From the IMG/VR virus record IMGVR_UViG_3300046660_000488, positions 1-64,000 of that record: DNA of 64,000 bases; one strand, given 5' to 3'. The translations under genes and the position numbers were made by a program. Positions 10,125 to 19,353 of the stretch are shown piece after piece; the first letter of the stretch is position 1, and every line of letters begins with the position of its first letter. A model generated the notes under the pieces. That model did no database searches. It had not been told where the DNA came from and saw nothing but the letters and a program-made list of their open reading frames with translations.

Positions 10125-10934
10125 ATGGCATATTCGGATCGTCACGTTATCAAGAGCGTGAACCCCAGCATCGAGCGCGGCATCACCACGCACTGCGGGG
10201 AGACCTACGACAATTCGCTCTTGCATTCGAGCCGTTATCTGACGGACGATCCGGTTCGGGACGGCGCGGTCCTCTGCTCCAAATGCTCGACCAAGGCTTT
10301 CGCCGCGATCCTGAAGAAGGAACCGAACGGCTTCACGCTGGGCGAGCGCACCGACCAGTCCAAGACCATCGGCTACAGCAGCTTCCGGTCGGTCTACCCC
10401 GTCTACGACGCCACCGGCGATCTGGTCGCCTACATCGCGATCAAGAGCGGTTGGGGAGGATCGTGGAACATCTATCCGCTGGAATCCCGCCTGACGCTGC
10501 GCGCGGCGCGCGAGGGCGCTGAGACCCAAGACCCAGCGATGTCCAAAGAGCCCGCCAAGCGGACGCGCTATCTCTCGGACGGCGCGCCTCTCGTGGTGGC
10601 CCATTCGACCTACACTTCGAAGGAACATGCCCTGACGGCGGTTCCTGCCGCGCTGGCCAACGGCCATATCAAGAGCCGGACCACGATCATCGCTGAAGAG
10701 CAGGCCGCTCGCAAGCGCTGGATGGACGATCAGGCTGAGCGTGAACGGGAAGCCGTCGAGCGCGAGGTCGAGCGCGTCGAGAACAAGCGCATCCGTGACG
10801 AGAAAATCGCGCACATCACCGAAGCCTTCACCGCCATGTGCCGGACCGACAGCAAGCTGTCCAACTTCGAGCGCGACGCTGTCGCAACGGCCGCCGAAAT
10901 GCTCGGCATCAAGATTCCGGACGTGGTCCTATGA
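10125..10934 (+). CDS. hypothetical protein
   Basis: ORF with GGAGG SD; ATGA coupling to the next gene. Confidence 0.75.
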   Translation: MAYSDRHVIKSVNPSIERGITTHCGETYDNSLLHSSRYLTDDPVRDGAVLCSKCSTKAFAAILKKEPNGFTLGERTDQSKTIGYSSFRSVYPVYDATGDLVAYIAIKSGWGGSWNIYPLESRLTLRAAREGAETQDPAMSKEPAKRTRYLSDGAPLVVAHSTYTSKEHALTAVPAALANGHIKSRTTIIAEEQAARKRWMDDQAEREREAVEREVERVENKRIRDEKIAHITEAFTAMCRTDSKLSNFERDAVATAAEMLGIKIPDVVL

Positions 10935-11158
10935 ACATCGACGCCCTGATCGCGGACGCCAAGGAATTCAAGGTCCCTGTTCCCGAATTGGGAACACTGA
11001 CTTCGGAGGCTGCGGCCCAAGTCACCGCCTGTTATGCGGCGGCCGACTGGCTGGAAAGCCAAGGACGGCACGCCGACGCCAAGGAAGCCCGACGCTGGGG
11101 CGCGATCCACAACGCCCGCTTCGTGCGGCTGTGGGCCACGGCGGAGGCCGCCCTGTGA
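10931..11158 (+). CDS. hypothetical protein
   Basis: Translationally coupled ORF. Confidence 0.65.
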   Translation: MNIDALIADAKEFKVPVPELGTLTSEAAAQVTACYAAADWLESQGRHADAKEARRWGAIHNARFVRLWATAEAAL

Positions 11159-11436
11159 GCCTCCTGACACCGGAACAGTCGCGCGAGATCGAGATCAAGC
11201 AAGTCCGCGCCCGCGATTACATCGCAGTCAGCCCGTATCTGGTGCATGGTGGGATCGACAGCCTGACCACGATCAAGTCGGCCGCCGCCTTGGTGGGCGG
11301 CGTTTTCGATGGTGGTGAGTGGAACACTCCCATGTACGTTCGCTGTATTCGCCACCTGTCAGACGAGGACATCGGCTTGCTTCTGGACCTCCTGAAGGAA
11401 GCCACGCATGACAAACCAGCAAAGATCAAACTATGA
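11155..11436 (+). CDS. hypothetical protein
   Basis: GTGA-coupled ORF. Confidence 0.6.
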   Translation: MSLLTPEQSREIEIKQVRARDYIAVSPYLVHGGIDSLTTIKSAAALVGGVFDGGEWNTPMYVRCIRHLSDEDIGLLLDLLKEATHDKPAKIKL

Positions 11437-11978
11437 ACGACACCAAGATCAGCAAATTCCTGTCCCTGATCCTCCGGCATGATCCGGCGGCCGGGGGCAT
11501 CACACTCGACGCCTACGGCTGGACGCCCGTCGCCGACGTGGTCAAGGCCGTGCAGAGCAAGGTCGAGCCGACGTTTGCCGAAACGGACCTGAACCGGATC
11601 GTCGAGGAATCTGAGAAGAAACGCTTCGCGTTCAGCGACAACTACATCCGGGCCAACCAAGGCCACTCGGTCGAGGTTGAACTTGGTCTGGAGACCACTC
11701 GTCCGCCAACCAAGCTGTTCCACGGCACGACGGCCAAGGCGTGGGACATGATCCGGTCCAGCCGTGGGCTGAACAAGATGGAGCGCCACGCGGTCCACCT
11801 GTCGCCGGACGTCGCCACGGCCACGATTGTCGGCGCCCGGCGCGGCAAGCCGTTCATCCTCGTCATCGACACCGACGCCATGTTCGTGGACGGCCACGAC
11901 TTCCAAGTCTCGGCCAACGGTGTCTGGCTGACCGACGAGGTCCCGCTGAAGTACATCAGCGTGCTGACCGATGGCTGA
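11433..11978 (+). CDS. kptA: RNA 2'-phosphotransferase (Tpt1/KptA)
   Basis: SKFLSLILRH, KKRF, IRANQGHS, LFHGT, M.RHAVHLS, NGVWLTDEVP. Confidence 0.95.
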   Translation: MNDTKISKFLSLILRHDPAAGGITLDAYGWTPVADVVKAVQSKVEPTFAETDLNRIVEESEKKRFAFSDNYIRANQGHSVEVELGLETTRPPTKLFHGTTAKAWDMIRSSRGLNKMERHAVHLSPDVATATIVGARRGKPFILVIDTDAMFVDGHDFQVSANGVWLTDEVPLKYISVLTDG

Positions 11979-12204
11979 TTATCCGGGCGACCCGACCAAG
12001 CAACCGCCGGAATGCAAGGACGTGTTCACGCCGTTCTCGGACTCGTTTCCGCGCGATCCGATGGTGGACGGTCCCTTCGGCTCTGGCCGCTGGAGCAAGT
12101 GCCCGAACCTGAAGGAACGGGACGATACCAGCATGGAAGCCGAGACATGGGAGTGCAGCGTCTGCGGCAAGAGCTACAAGCTCCACTACGAAGACATGGC
12201 ATGA
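11971..12204 (+). CDS. small Cys-containing protein
   Basis: CxxC (CSVC) plus further Cys; coupled to neighbours. Confidence 0.65.
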   Translation: MADYPGDPTKQPPECKDVFTPFSDSFPRDPMVDGPFGSGRWSKCPNLKERDDTSMEAETWECSVCGKSYKLHYEDMA

Positions 12205-12443
12205 CGTTCCGGACCAAGTACGATGACCCGAAGTTTGGCGTAAAGCGCCCGGCAGACGACTATGAAGACATGGTCCGGCAGGTCAGCGTCTTGCGTCCGG
12301 ACGCCTACATCGAAGGATCGGCCGGGTTCGACTGGATGATCATGAGCCGCGACAACCGCGAGCAGGTCGGCGTTGCCCGAGCCAACCCGACGACCGGGAA
12401 GTACTGGTTCAGGCTGCTGGAGGCGGGATCGCTACCTTGGTAG
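12201..12443 (+). CDS. hypothetical protein
   Basis: ATGA-coupled ORF. Confidence 0.6.
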   Translation: MTFRTKYDDPKFGVKRPADDYEDMVRQVSVLRPDAYIEGSAGFDWMIMSRDNREQVGVARANPTTGKYWFRLLEAGSLPW

Positions 12444-13029
12444 CCGCCACGTAGCCCATCAGGGCGCGGATCGCCGCCTTGCCGCTGGCCAGCAGGTCAC
12501 GGCTCCCAATACCGGCCCAGACGCCGTGCGGAACCGGCGGACCCTCTGGCAGATGGTTCCAGCCCAGCTTGGCCTTGCCCACCCAGACGTACCAGCACTC
12601 GTCTTTCTGGTCGAAGACGTAGGCCTCGCACGGCCCACCGTCGAAACGGTCGATGAACATCTGCACCGCCCACGCCGTGCCGCCCGACACGATGCCCTTG
12701 TTGTCGATGGTGGCGACCGCGTAGACGCGCTCGGCGTCGCGGACCTGATACCAGTTCCGACGCAGCAGGTTGGCGATCCACGGCTTGTGGCTCGGGAAAT
12801 AGCGGCCGAGCGTCTTGGCGGCGCGCTCGCAGTACGGGTCAGCCTGATTGAGCATTTCCTGCGGCAGGACGACGACCTCGTTCACCGGCGCTTCGGACTT
12901 GGCCGCATGCTTGGCGAAGCTCCAATGCACGACGGTGTGCCCGGCCATGCCTGCCGTCATCCCCCACTGGAGGTCCGCGCCTTCGGCGCCGCCGCTGAGG
13001 CAGACGTTTCCGTTGAGGATGTTGGTCAT
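12409..13029 (-). CDS. SLOG-superfamily (DprA/YspA-like) nucleotide-binding protein
   Basis: SGGAEGAD..W, LLRRNWYQV, GGTAWAV, AGIGSR. Confidence 0.65.
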   Translation of the reverse strand: MTNILNGNVCLSGGAEGADLQWGMTAGMAGHTVVHWSFAKHAAKSEAPVNEVVVLPQEMLNQADPYCERAAKTLGRYFPSHKPWIANLLRRNWYQVRDAERVYAVATIDNKGIVSGGTAWAVQMFIDRFDGGPCEAYVFDQKDECWYVWVGKAKLGWNHLPEGPPVPHGVWAGIGSRDLLASGKAAIRALMGYVAATKVAIPPPAA

Positions 13030-13517
13030 TTGGGCTTCAGCAAATCGAGGGAGTCGAGGGTGAACATGGGCGGACCTTCATGGTCGTAGGTGAGGACTGG
13101 CGAGGTTTCGCGCAGGCCTCGGCCCTTCCCCATGAACGTGCTCAGGTAACTCTGCATGACGTTGGTCTTGCCGCTGGAGCCGTTAGCCCCAAACACCTTG
13201 GTCATCAGGGTTTGTAGAACTCGCTCGCGAGCGGTGCGCTCGTCGATGATCTCTTGGACGCTGGTCAGGTGGTCGGCGAAGAACAGCTTGAAGAGGACCG
13301 CGTCTCGCTGGTCGTCTTCAAGGAAGACCGTGAAATAGACCGTATGCAGCGTCCCCATCATCGGGTTGAAGAAATCTGCGACCGGGCAGAGCTTGGACCG
13401 ATCCATGACGTAGCTACCCTTGGACTGGTTTTCGAGCCAATCCTTCGCCGCGTCGTATTCGCTCTCTGGGATGTTGAAGTGCATCCAGTCTTCGTGAACT
13501 TCAGCTTCTTCAGTCAT
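13026..13517 (-). CDS. hypothetical protein (DAVLFKLF paralog family)
   Basis: RDAVLFKLFF motif. Confidence 0.7.
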   Translation of the reverse strand: MTEEAEVHEDWMHFNIPESEYDAAKDWLENQSKGSYVMDRSKLCPVADFFNPMMGTLHTVYFTVFLEDDQRDAVLFKLFFADHLTSVQEIIDERTARERVLQTLMTKVFGANGSSGKTNVMQSYLSTFMGKGRGLRETSPVLTYDHEGPPMFTLDSLDLLKPK

Positions 13518-13902
13518 AAGATAGTTCCTGCAACTGTTTGCTGAATTCGGTGGCAGAAATCAAGTTTTGTTCACGAAGATGTATCAGTCTTGCCATCTGT
13601 ATTTGGTATTTCTGGATGCTCAACACTTGAATTTCACTCAATAGTTCGTCAGAGTGGAACAGCTTGAACAGCACGGCATCGCGATCTGCTTCCAAACGCA
13701 CGACGTAGAAATCGCCCCGATCATCCCAACAGTAATCTTCTTCTTCGTATTTCCGGAAGAACCCAACCGTTATGCGTGCCGATCCGATGGCCTGCGTCAT
13801 CAGCCAGTCGTTGGCGCTGACGATATAGCCCTTTGGGACGAGGAACCTATGCCAGTTCGACCGATCCGGCTCGTAGTCGATATGGGTGCAGACGGAGATC
13901 AT
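13510..13902 (-). CDS. hypothetical protein (DAVLFKLF paralog family)
   Basis: RDAVLFKLFH motif; start chosen by ATGA overlap. Confidence 0.7.
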   Translation of the reverse strand: MISVCTHIDYEPDRSNWHRFLVPKGYIVSANDWLMTQAIGSARITVGFFRKYEEEDYCWDDRGDFYVVRLEADRDAVLFKLFHSDELLSEIQVLSIQKYQIQMARLIHLREQNLISATEFSKQLQELSYD

Positions 13903-14261
13903 TCCGCGCCGACCAGTGCGCGATAGGACGGCGTGAAGCAATAGAACGGCTCATCCCGATGATTGCAGGTCCACTGGTTGTCAGAATAATGCTGTCTGAT
14001 CTTGGCTTCGACGATCAGGTCTTTGCTGTTGTACAGATCGTCGCTGAACACCAGTTTGAACAGCGGGGCGCCGCGTGCATCGTTAAGCACTCGGACACGA
14101 TAGAAATTGTGAACGATGAACGCGCCCTCGTCGGGCAAGACATCGTAGCCCAGCATGTTGCTGTAGCCGTAGGGCACGATCTCGTGCTCCACGGAATTGT
14201 GGACCAGCCATTCAACGGCCGCGTCCTTGGTGGATTTGCGGATGTAGAAATCGTGGGCCAT
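13899..14261 (-). CDS. hypothetical protein (DAVLFKLF paralog family)
   Basis: GAPLFKLVF motif. Confidence 0.7.
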   Translation of the reverse strand: MAHDFYIRKSTKDAAVEWLVHNSVEHEIVPYGYSNMLGYDVLPDEGAFIVHNFYRVRVLNDARGAPLFKLVFSDDLYNSKDLIVEAKIRQHYSDNQWTCNHRDEPFYCFTPSYRALVGAE

Positions 14262-14809
14262 CAGGTGTTCGCCAGATTGAAGGGTTCCATGACCCCGCCG
14301 GAGAATTTCGCAGCGGCGGCCAGCGCCTTCTCGACTTTCTCTTTCGGGGACAGCTTGGCAGATTTCTCGGTGGCGTGCAGCGATCCCAAGGCGAAGCTCT
14401 CGCCGCAGCCCACGGCCTCGTAGCCGTCAAGGCTCTCGCCGACTTGGAAGTCGCTGTCGATCCGGAACAGACGGCCGCGCACGCCCACGAGGAACGTGCC
14501 GCCGGTCTCGCGGTTGGAGTCCACGTAAGCGTAGCCTTCTTCCTTGAAGACCTTGCGGACGGCCGGGATGAACTTCTTGACCATGTACGCCATCATGTCG
14601 TCCTCGTCGGCCTTGGTGACCTCCGGCGGCGTGAAGACGTACTGGAGGATTTGCCCCATCCGGAATGACGAGGTGAAGCCCATGACGAACTCGTCGTTCA
14701 GGAACACCTTCTTATCCTTCCGGGCGGTGAGGTCGAGGCCGGACACACCAGCGCTATCGCCTCCGAGATAGACCTTGCCCTTCTGGGCGACGCCGACAAT
14801 ACACGTCAT
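14261..14809 (-). CDS. HslV/proteasome-beta-like Ntn threonine protease
   Basis: N-terminal M-T-CIVG, GGDS, K33-like KKVF, AVGCGESFALG. Confidence 0.8.
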   Translation of the reverse strand: MTCIVGVAQKGKVYLGGDSAGVSGLDLTARKDKKVFLNDEFVMGFTSSFRMGQILQYVFTPPEVTKADEDDMMAYMVKKFIPAVRKVFKEEGYAYVDSNRETGGTFLVGVRGRLFRIDSDFQVGESLDGYEAVGCGESFALGSLHATEKSAKLSPKEKVEKALAAAAKFSGGVMEPFNLANT

Positions 14810-14838
14810 TTGGGAACCTTGAAATGGTAAACGAAAAT

Positions 14839-15543
14839 CTACGCGGCCAGAGCCAGACGAGCAATACCCTCGTGCAACGCCTCGATAGTTTTCTCGTTGT
14901 GCAGCGTGACGTCAACGGGATAACCGATCCACGCCCACTCGGATTCGTGGGCTTTCTTCTCCAGATCGTAGCGGATGAAATCGTTGAGCGGATAATGGCC
15001 GCCGTCCGCGATCCAGCCGCCCCGGAAGGTGTCTCGGATGTATTGGTCGTTCTGGGTCTTGTAGCCATTGACGATCATGGCCTGATCCCACCACGGCGGC
15101 TCCGGGCCGCGCTTTACGCGGATGACCGTCGAGCCGTATTTCTTGCGGCCGAGATCGAGTTCGTTGGGGAAGCGGCCGTCGATCAGGACCACCCGCGAGT
15201 CGGCCGGGAGCAGGCTCAGCTTGCGGTCGATGTTGTTGATCCAGATGTTCTGGTTGAAGTGTTCGCGGAACAGGTTCGTGCCGACCAGTTGCATGGCCAT
15301 GCGCGGCGAGAAGCCCTTGATCCCGAGGCGTTCTTCCCACCATGGATCGACCTGCTCGCGCCACGCCCGGCTCTGCGGCGTGATGCCTTCGAGCATGGAT
15401 CGTTCCCAGCAGAAAATCGCGGCCAGCGCGTCTTTCAGGGCTTCGGCGAAGCTGAAGGGGATAAAGCCGTGCTGCTCAACGAGGTGGCGGGCGGCTGTGT
15501 CTTTGCCGCTCTTGGCAAAGCCTACAAGTGAAATGACCTGCAT
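14839..15543 (-). CDS. deoxynucleoside monophosphate kinase (T4 gp1-like)
   Basis: GFAKSGKDT P-loop, SFAEALKD, PRMAMQLVGT, DGRFPNE, H.SE. Confidence 0.9.
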   Translation of the reverse strand: MQVISLVGFAKSGKDTAARHLVEQHGFIPFSFAEALKDALAAIFCWERSMLEGITPQSRAWREQVDPWWEERLGIKGFSPRMAMQLVGTNLFREHFNQNIWINNIDRKLSLLPADSRVVLIDGRFPNELDLGRKKYGSTVIRVKRGPEPPWWDQAMIVNGYKTQNDQYIRDTFRGGWIADGGHYPLNDFIRYDLEKKAHESEWAWIGYPVDVTLHNEKTIEALHEGIARLALAA

Positions 15544-15608
15544 GTGAAGAACACCTTAAAGTATTCTTCATCATACTTCGGACGAAAATTCCGGGTCACT
15601 ATTCCCGT

Positions 15609-15824
15609 TCAGAAATCGTCGTCGTACACGCCCCAAAACGGCAACTCGTACTGTTCGGGCTCAGGCGGCGGCTTAGGCCTAGACGACAGCCACTCTCGGC
15701 ACTGTTGAATGTGGGCCAGATACTTGTAGTGGACTTTGTCGTAGCTCATTTCGACATAGTCGAACGCGATATGACGGATCAGTCCTTCGGCGTCGAGCCG
15801 GTTGGTGTACTTGGCGTATGACAT
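15609..15824 (-). CDS. hypothetical protein
   Basis: Short ORF MSYAKY... Confidence 0.55.
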   Translation of the reverse strand: MSYAKYTNRLDAEGLIRHIAFDYVEMSYDKVHYKYLAHIQQCREWLSSRPKPPPEPEQYELPFWGVYDDDF

Positions 15825-16159
15825 TGCTTGAACCCTCTCGGGCGCGGCGTGGTGGCGTCGTGCAGGGCGACCGCCTGCCTCGTCATGCCCATCCATGCCA
15901 ACACCTGCACGAGCGGGTGCGCGACGACGTTGTGGAACGCCCACGCACCCTTCTTCCATTTCAGGCGCCGACCCTCCATCGCGGAGGGCTTCATCACCCA
16001 CACGGCCTCGATGGCGTCGAAGCCGATAGCCGTGTAGGTGTCGCCTTGGAAGGTGATGATGTCCACTTCCTGCTGCTCAAGGCGCTCGATGTCGAGCCGC
16101 TTGACGTCGTCGAGCGGGATCAGGACGTTCTGAGCCTTGAGGCAGATCGGGGGTTTCAC
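15779..16159 (-). CDS. hypothetical protein
   Basis: GTGA-coupled ORF with W.FHN..AHP...LHD motif. Confidence 0.6.
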   Translation of the reverse strand: MKPPICLKAQNVLIPLDDVKRLDIERLEQQEVDIITFQGDTYTAIGFDAIEAVWVMKPSAMEGRRLKWKKGAWAFHNVVAHPLVQVLAWMGMTRQAVALHDATTPRPRGFKQCHTPSTPTGSTPKD

Positions 16160-16353
16160 CCGAGGAACAGGACCGGCCACACCGGCGTCTTCAGCAGGAT
16201 CGACACGCGGCTCTTGGCGTTCTCGCGCTGCACGTCCGTGCCATGGGCTTCGACGATCATGTGGACCCAGTTGTAGCCGAAGAAGGCCACGGCCGGGACC
16301 AGCCACAGGACCAGCAGGACGTTGACGACGATGTGGAAAATCGTTTCGATCAT
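16156..16353 (-). CDS. small membrane protein
   Basis: Hydrophobic helix; AAGGA SD. Confidence 0.6.
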   Translation of the reverse strand: MIETIFHIVVNVLLVLWLVPAVAFFGYNWVHMIVEAHGTDVQRENAKSRVSILLKTPVWPVLFLG

Positions 16354-16378
16354 CACAAATTCCTTTATAAACAAATAG

Positions 16379-16633
16379 TTAAATCTCAGGCCCAAATACG
16401 GCGACGACGTCCGGGTGGGACATGGGTAGAGCCTCGGCGGTTTCCCGGCTCATGGTGTTGCCGCTCGGCTCGTAGAGAAACCGCCCATCGGGCTTCCGGA
16501 TGAAGACGCGGCCCAAGTCGTCCTTGACGATCATCGGCGAGACCAGCATGGCCGCGTGGATGCTATAGGCATCCTGATCCAAGCGGCCCACGCTCTGACG
16601 CACAACGAATAGATCACCAACGGCGAAGGTCAT
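16379..16633 (-). CDS. hypothetical protein
   Basis: ORF MTFAVGD... Confidence 0.55.
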   Translation of the reverse strand: MTFAVGDLFVVRQSVGRLDQDAYSIHAAMLVSPMIVKDDLGRVFIRKPDGRFLYEPSGNTMSRETAEALPMSHPDVVAVFGPEI

Positions 16634-16664
16634 GATCAACTCGTAAACCAATCGTAAAAAGGCG

Positions 16665-17009
16665 TCAATCTTTTGGTGTGACGAACTCGGCCAGCTTGGC
16701 GAAGTAGCGCCCGGCGCGCTCATGTAGGGCCTTGACCGCCTCCGCCTGTGTTTTCTTTCGCGCCACGACCCGCTTATCGAAGAATTCCTCTTCGGTGAGG
16801 TTGCGGTTGTCACGGCCCATCTTGCCGGTGACCCGGACGATTGGCGCGGTGACACGGACCTCCCACATCCCATCCGGCGCCTTGTAGATGGTCCCGATCA
16901 GGATGCAGGTGGGCGTCGTCTCGGTCATTTCGAACGCGGACAGGAACTCCATGAACAAGGAGCCTGAGCCGTCCGGGTTCATCCGCCAGTAGAACGGGTT
17001 CGCGGCCAT
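16665..17009 (-). CDS. hypothetical protein
   Basis: Coupled ORF. Confidence 0.65.
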   Translation of the reverse strand: MAANPFYWRMNPDGSGSLFMEFLSAFEMTETTPTCILIGTIYKAPDGMWEVRVTAPIVRVTGKMGRDNRNLTEEEFFDKRVVARKKTQAEAVKALHERAGRYFAKLAEFVTPKD

Positions 17010-17554
17010 CAGGCGGCCCGCCAGCGATGGTCGAGGATGCGACGCTCTTCATCCCGCTTGGCGGCGGCCATGGCCGCCTGCGTGTAGAACGAGGCGATGC
17101 GGTAAAGGCCGACGCTCAGGGCAAGCATCTGCTCGAAGGTGTCCACGATGTAGACGTTCGGATGTGGGTTGGCCGCCAGATGGGCCTTGACCAAGGTCCG
17201 GGCGCGCACGCTCTCCTTGAACGCCACGGCGTCAGCCTTAAGGGCTTCGCAGGGCTCGGGGGAGATCATCACGATCACGAAGCGACCTTCGTTGAGGTCG
17301 GTGACCGCTTGGAGGATCGAGAAGCCGACCTCAGCCAGCGATCCGCTCCCGTAGGTCTCGTCGGTGACGGGGAACAGGATGATCTCGTCGGTGCGAAGGT
17401 GCTCGGCTTCGACGGCCGCCAATTCCGGCTTCCAGTCCTTGACCTTCGGGTTGAAGTAGTCAATGCCGTAGCCGTTGTAGTGGACCATGAACGGACGTCT
17501 CCACTCGGAGTCGCCGCAAGTGCCGAAGAGGCCAATGGTGGGGCGGTAATTCAT
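17009..17554 (-). CDS. nucleoside 2-deoxyribosyltransferase-like protein
   Basis: GLFGTC..WR, YFNP...W...E, ILF, SLAEVG pattern. Confidence 0.6.
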   Translation of the reverse strand: MNYRPTIGLFGTCGDSEWRRPFMVHYNGYGIDYFNPKVKDWKPELAAVEAEHLRTDEIILFPVTDETYGSGSLAEVGFSILQAVTDLNEGRFVIVMISPEPCEALKADAVAFKESVRARTLVKAHLAANPHPNVYIVDTFEQMLALSVGLYRIASFYTQAAMAAAKRDEERRILDHRWRAA

Positions 17555-18096
17555 CGCCAGAATGCCTTCCGGTTGTTGGTCTTGGGGTGCACGAACTCGC
17601 GATCATCCGGGGATGACCGTGTGTTCCATTTAATGAGCACCCCATCAATCGACGGAGAAGCAGTTGCGGCGATGCTGCAACCGAAACACTGTATCTGGAA
17701 AAAGTTCGCTTTCCAAATCCTTTGTGAAACGTAGGCTCCACCCCCGGCCGGGCGCTCCAACCACTTCATGTGTGGTGTGCAGTCGCAGAACGGGCACGGC
17801 AATACACCGACGCCTTGGAAATGAAACTCGTCCTCGACTTCGTCGCCGGTGACACAGCGCCACTGAGTTCCGGCCGGGACCTTGTACTCCCAGCCGTTCC
17901 AGTGTGCGAAATCCGGCAACATTTCCCGGCGATCCTTCACGCCGTTGCTGTGCGGCGATGCAGGCTCGACCCACGCCGGACGGTCGATGTTCTTGCTACC
18001 GATCACGGCCACCATGTCGAGGCGCCACCAGTACAGGCCGCGTTCCGTGGGAAACGTGGCCTCATCCTTCGGGTCGAGGGTGATCCAATCGCTCAT
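17551..18096 (-). CDS. hypothetical protein with Lar-like Zn-ribbon
   Basis: LPCPFC ... QCFGC ... KWNTR. Confidence 0.6.
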   Translation of the reverse strand: MSDWITLDPKDEATFPTERGLYWWRLDMVAVIGSKNIDRPAWVEPASPHSNGVKDRREMLPDFAHWNGWEYKVPAGTQWRCVTGDEVEDEFHFQGVGVLPCPFCDCTPHMKWLERPAGGGAYVSQRIWKANFFQIQCFGCSIAATASPSIDGVLIKWNTRSSPDDREFVHPKTNNRKAFWR

Positions 18097-18488
18097 CCGG
18101 GGTAGCTCGACGAATAGCGCGATCCCATGGATCGCAGGCGAACACCATGGAAGTGAAGCGTGCCGCACACGAAATTGTGGCGGTAGCCTTTGTTCTTGAG
18201 GAACGCGGTCATGTCGCTCTCGCTGATCGAGACGTCTTCCGTCGCTTCACGCTGCATGAAGCGCATGAAGTCATCCTTCCAAATCCAGTTGTACATGTCG
18301 CGGGCTTTCGCTTCCGCGTCATGGGTTTTGTCCAGACAGCGTTCATGCCACGTTTCGAGCAGGTGAAGCTCGTGAGTGCTTAGACGCGGGAGCGGGAATT
18401 TCGAAACAAGCGGAGTGACCGAAACGACCAGAGCACCGGATTCGGCCATGGTCCGCTTGCCTTTGCGGCCGAATAGTCCGAACTTCAT
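18093..18488 (-). CDS. hypothetical protein
   Basis: Coupled ORF. Confidence 0.6.
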   Translation of the reverse strand: MKFGLFGRKGKRTMAESGALVVSVTPLVSKFPLPRLSTHELHLLETWHERCLDKTHDAEAKARDMYNWIWKDDFMRFMQREATEDVSISESDMTAFLKNKGYRHNFVCGTLHFHGVRLRSMGSRYSSSYPG

Positions 18489-19351
18489 GCTTCCAACACC
18501 CGCTTGGCCCATGCCGTGAAATAGGACGACACCTGATCAATGCACCGATCCAGCGGGATATGGCCGCGCGGCTGGGTGTTGTCGAACAATTCCTGAGCCT
18601 TGGCCATCACCTCTTCCGTGGTGAACGTTTTCGGGATGGTCGTCTTGGGCTCGCGACGGCATCCTTCCCAGATGGCGCGGTACGGCTGACCGAAGTTGGT
18701 CGGGAACGGACGGTAGGTCATCCAGATATCCATGATGTAGGCGATCTCGTCATTAGACCCCACGGTCTGGCCTTCGCGAGCCAGAAAGGCGATGGTCCCA
18801 TGCTCCCGCGACATGACGACATCGTGAAGGACGCCGTCCTTCTCGAACGTCAGCAGTAGGTCGCCGTACCGAACGTGGGAGCAGTCTTGGACATGCCACT
18901 TGACGATGGTCGATTGACCGGGTTGATCCTTGCCACCAATCTCATCACGTGGCGACAGCGAACACAGACACTCGCAATAGCCCGGATCGCCACTCGCTTT
19001 TTTCTTCTCGAAGCGTTCAATGAACTCGGCCCGCGATATCGGCGTCGGCGGGTAGATGTCACACACGTGTTCGCCGGGGTGGACGACGCCGTCGTGCGCG
19101 TAGGCGTAATCGACATAGCCGTCGATTGGCGCGCCGTACTGGACGATCAGGTCACCGCCTTGCAGACCGACTTGTCCGGCGATCTCGAACACGACCTCGC
19201 CTTTGGCAACGTAATCGCCGCCCTGCTTGACCCGCGTCAGATTCTTGACCTTGGGGTTGAACTGGTTCCCGTCATTGAACCAGTCCCCGGCAGTCATTCG
19301 CCATTCGCCGCGCTCGACCTCGAAGCTTTTTCCGTAATCGGTGTCGGCCAT
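18485..19351 (-). CDS. protein with two degenerate biotinyl/lipoyl-like domains
   Basis: IVKWHVQDCSHVRYGDLLLTFE...GTIAFLAREGQTV and GDYVAKGEVVFEI...APIDGYV. Confidence 0.55.
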   Translation of the reverse strand: MADTDYGKSFEVERGEWRMTAGDWFNDGNQFNPKVKNLTRVKQGGDYVAKGEVVFEIAGQVGLQGGDLIVQYGAPIDGYVDYAYAHDGVVHPGEHVCDIYPPTPISRAEFIERFEKKKASGDPGYCECLCSLSPRDEIGGKDQPGQSTIVKWHVQDCSHVRYGDLLLTFEKDGVLHDVVMSREHGTIAFLAREGQTVGSNDEIAYIMDIWMTYRPFPTNFGQPYRAIWEGCRREPKTTIPKTFTTEEVMAKAQELFDNTQPRGHIPLDRCIDQVSSYFTAWAKRVLEA

Positions 19352-19353
19352 GA

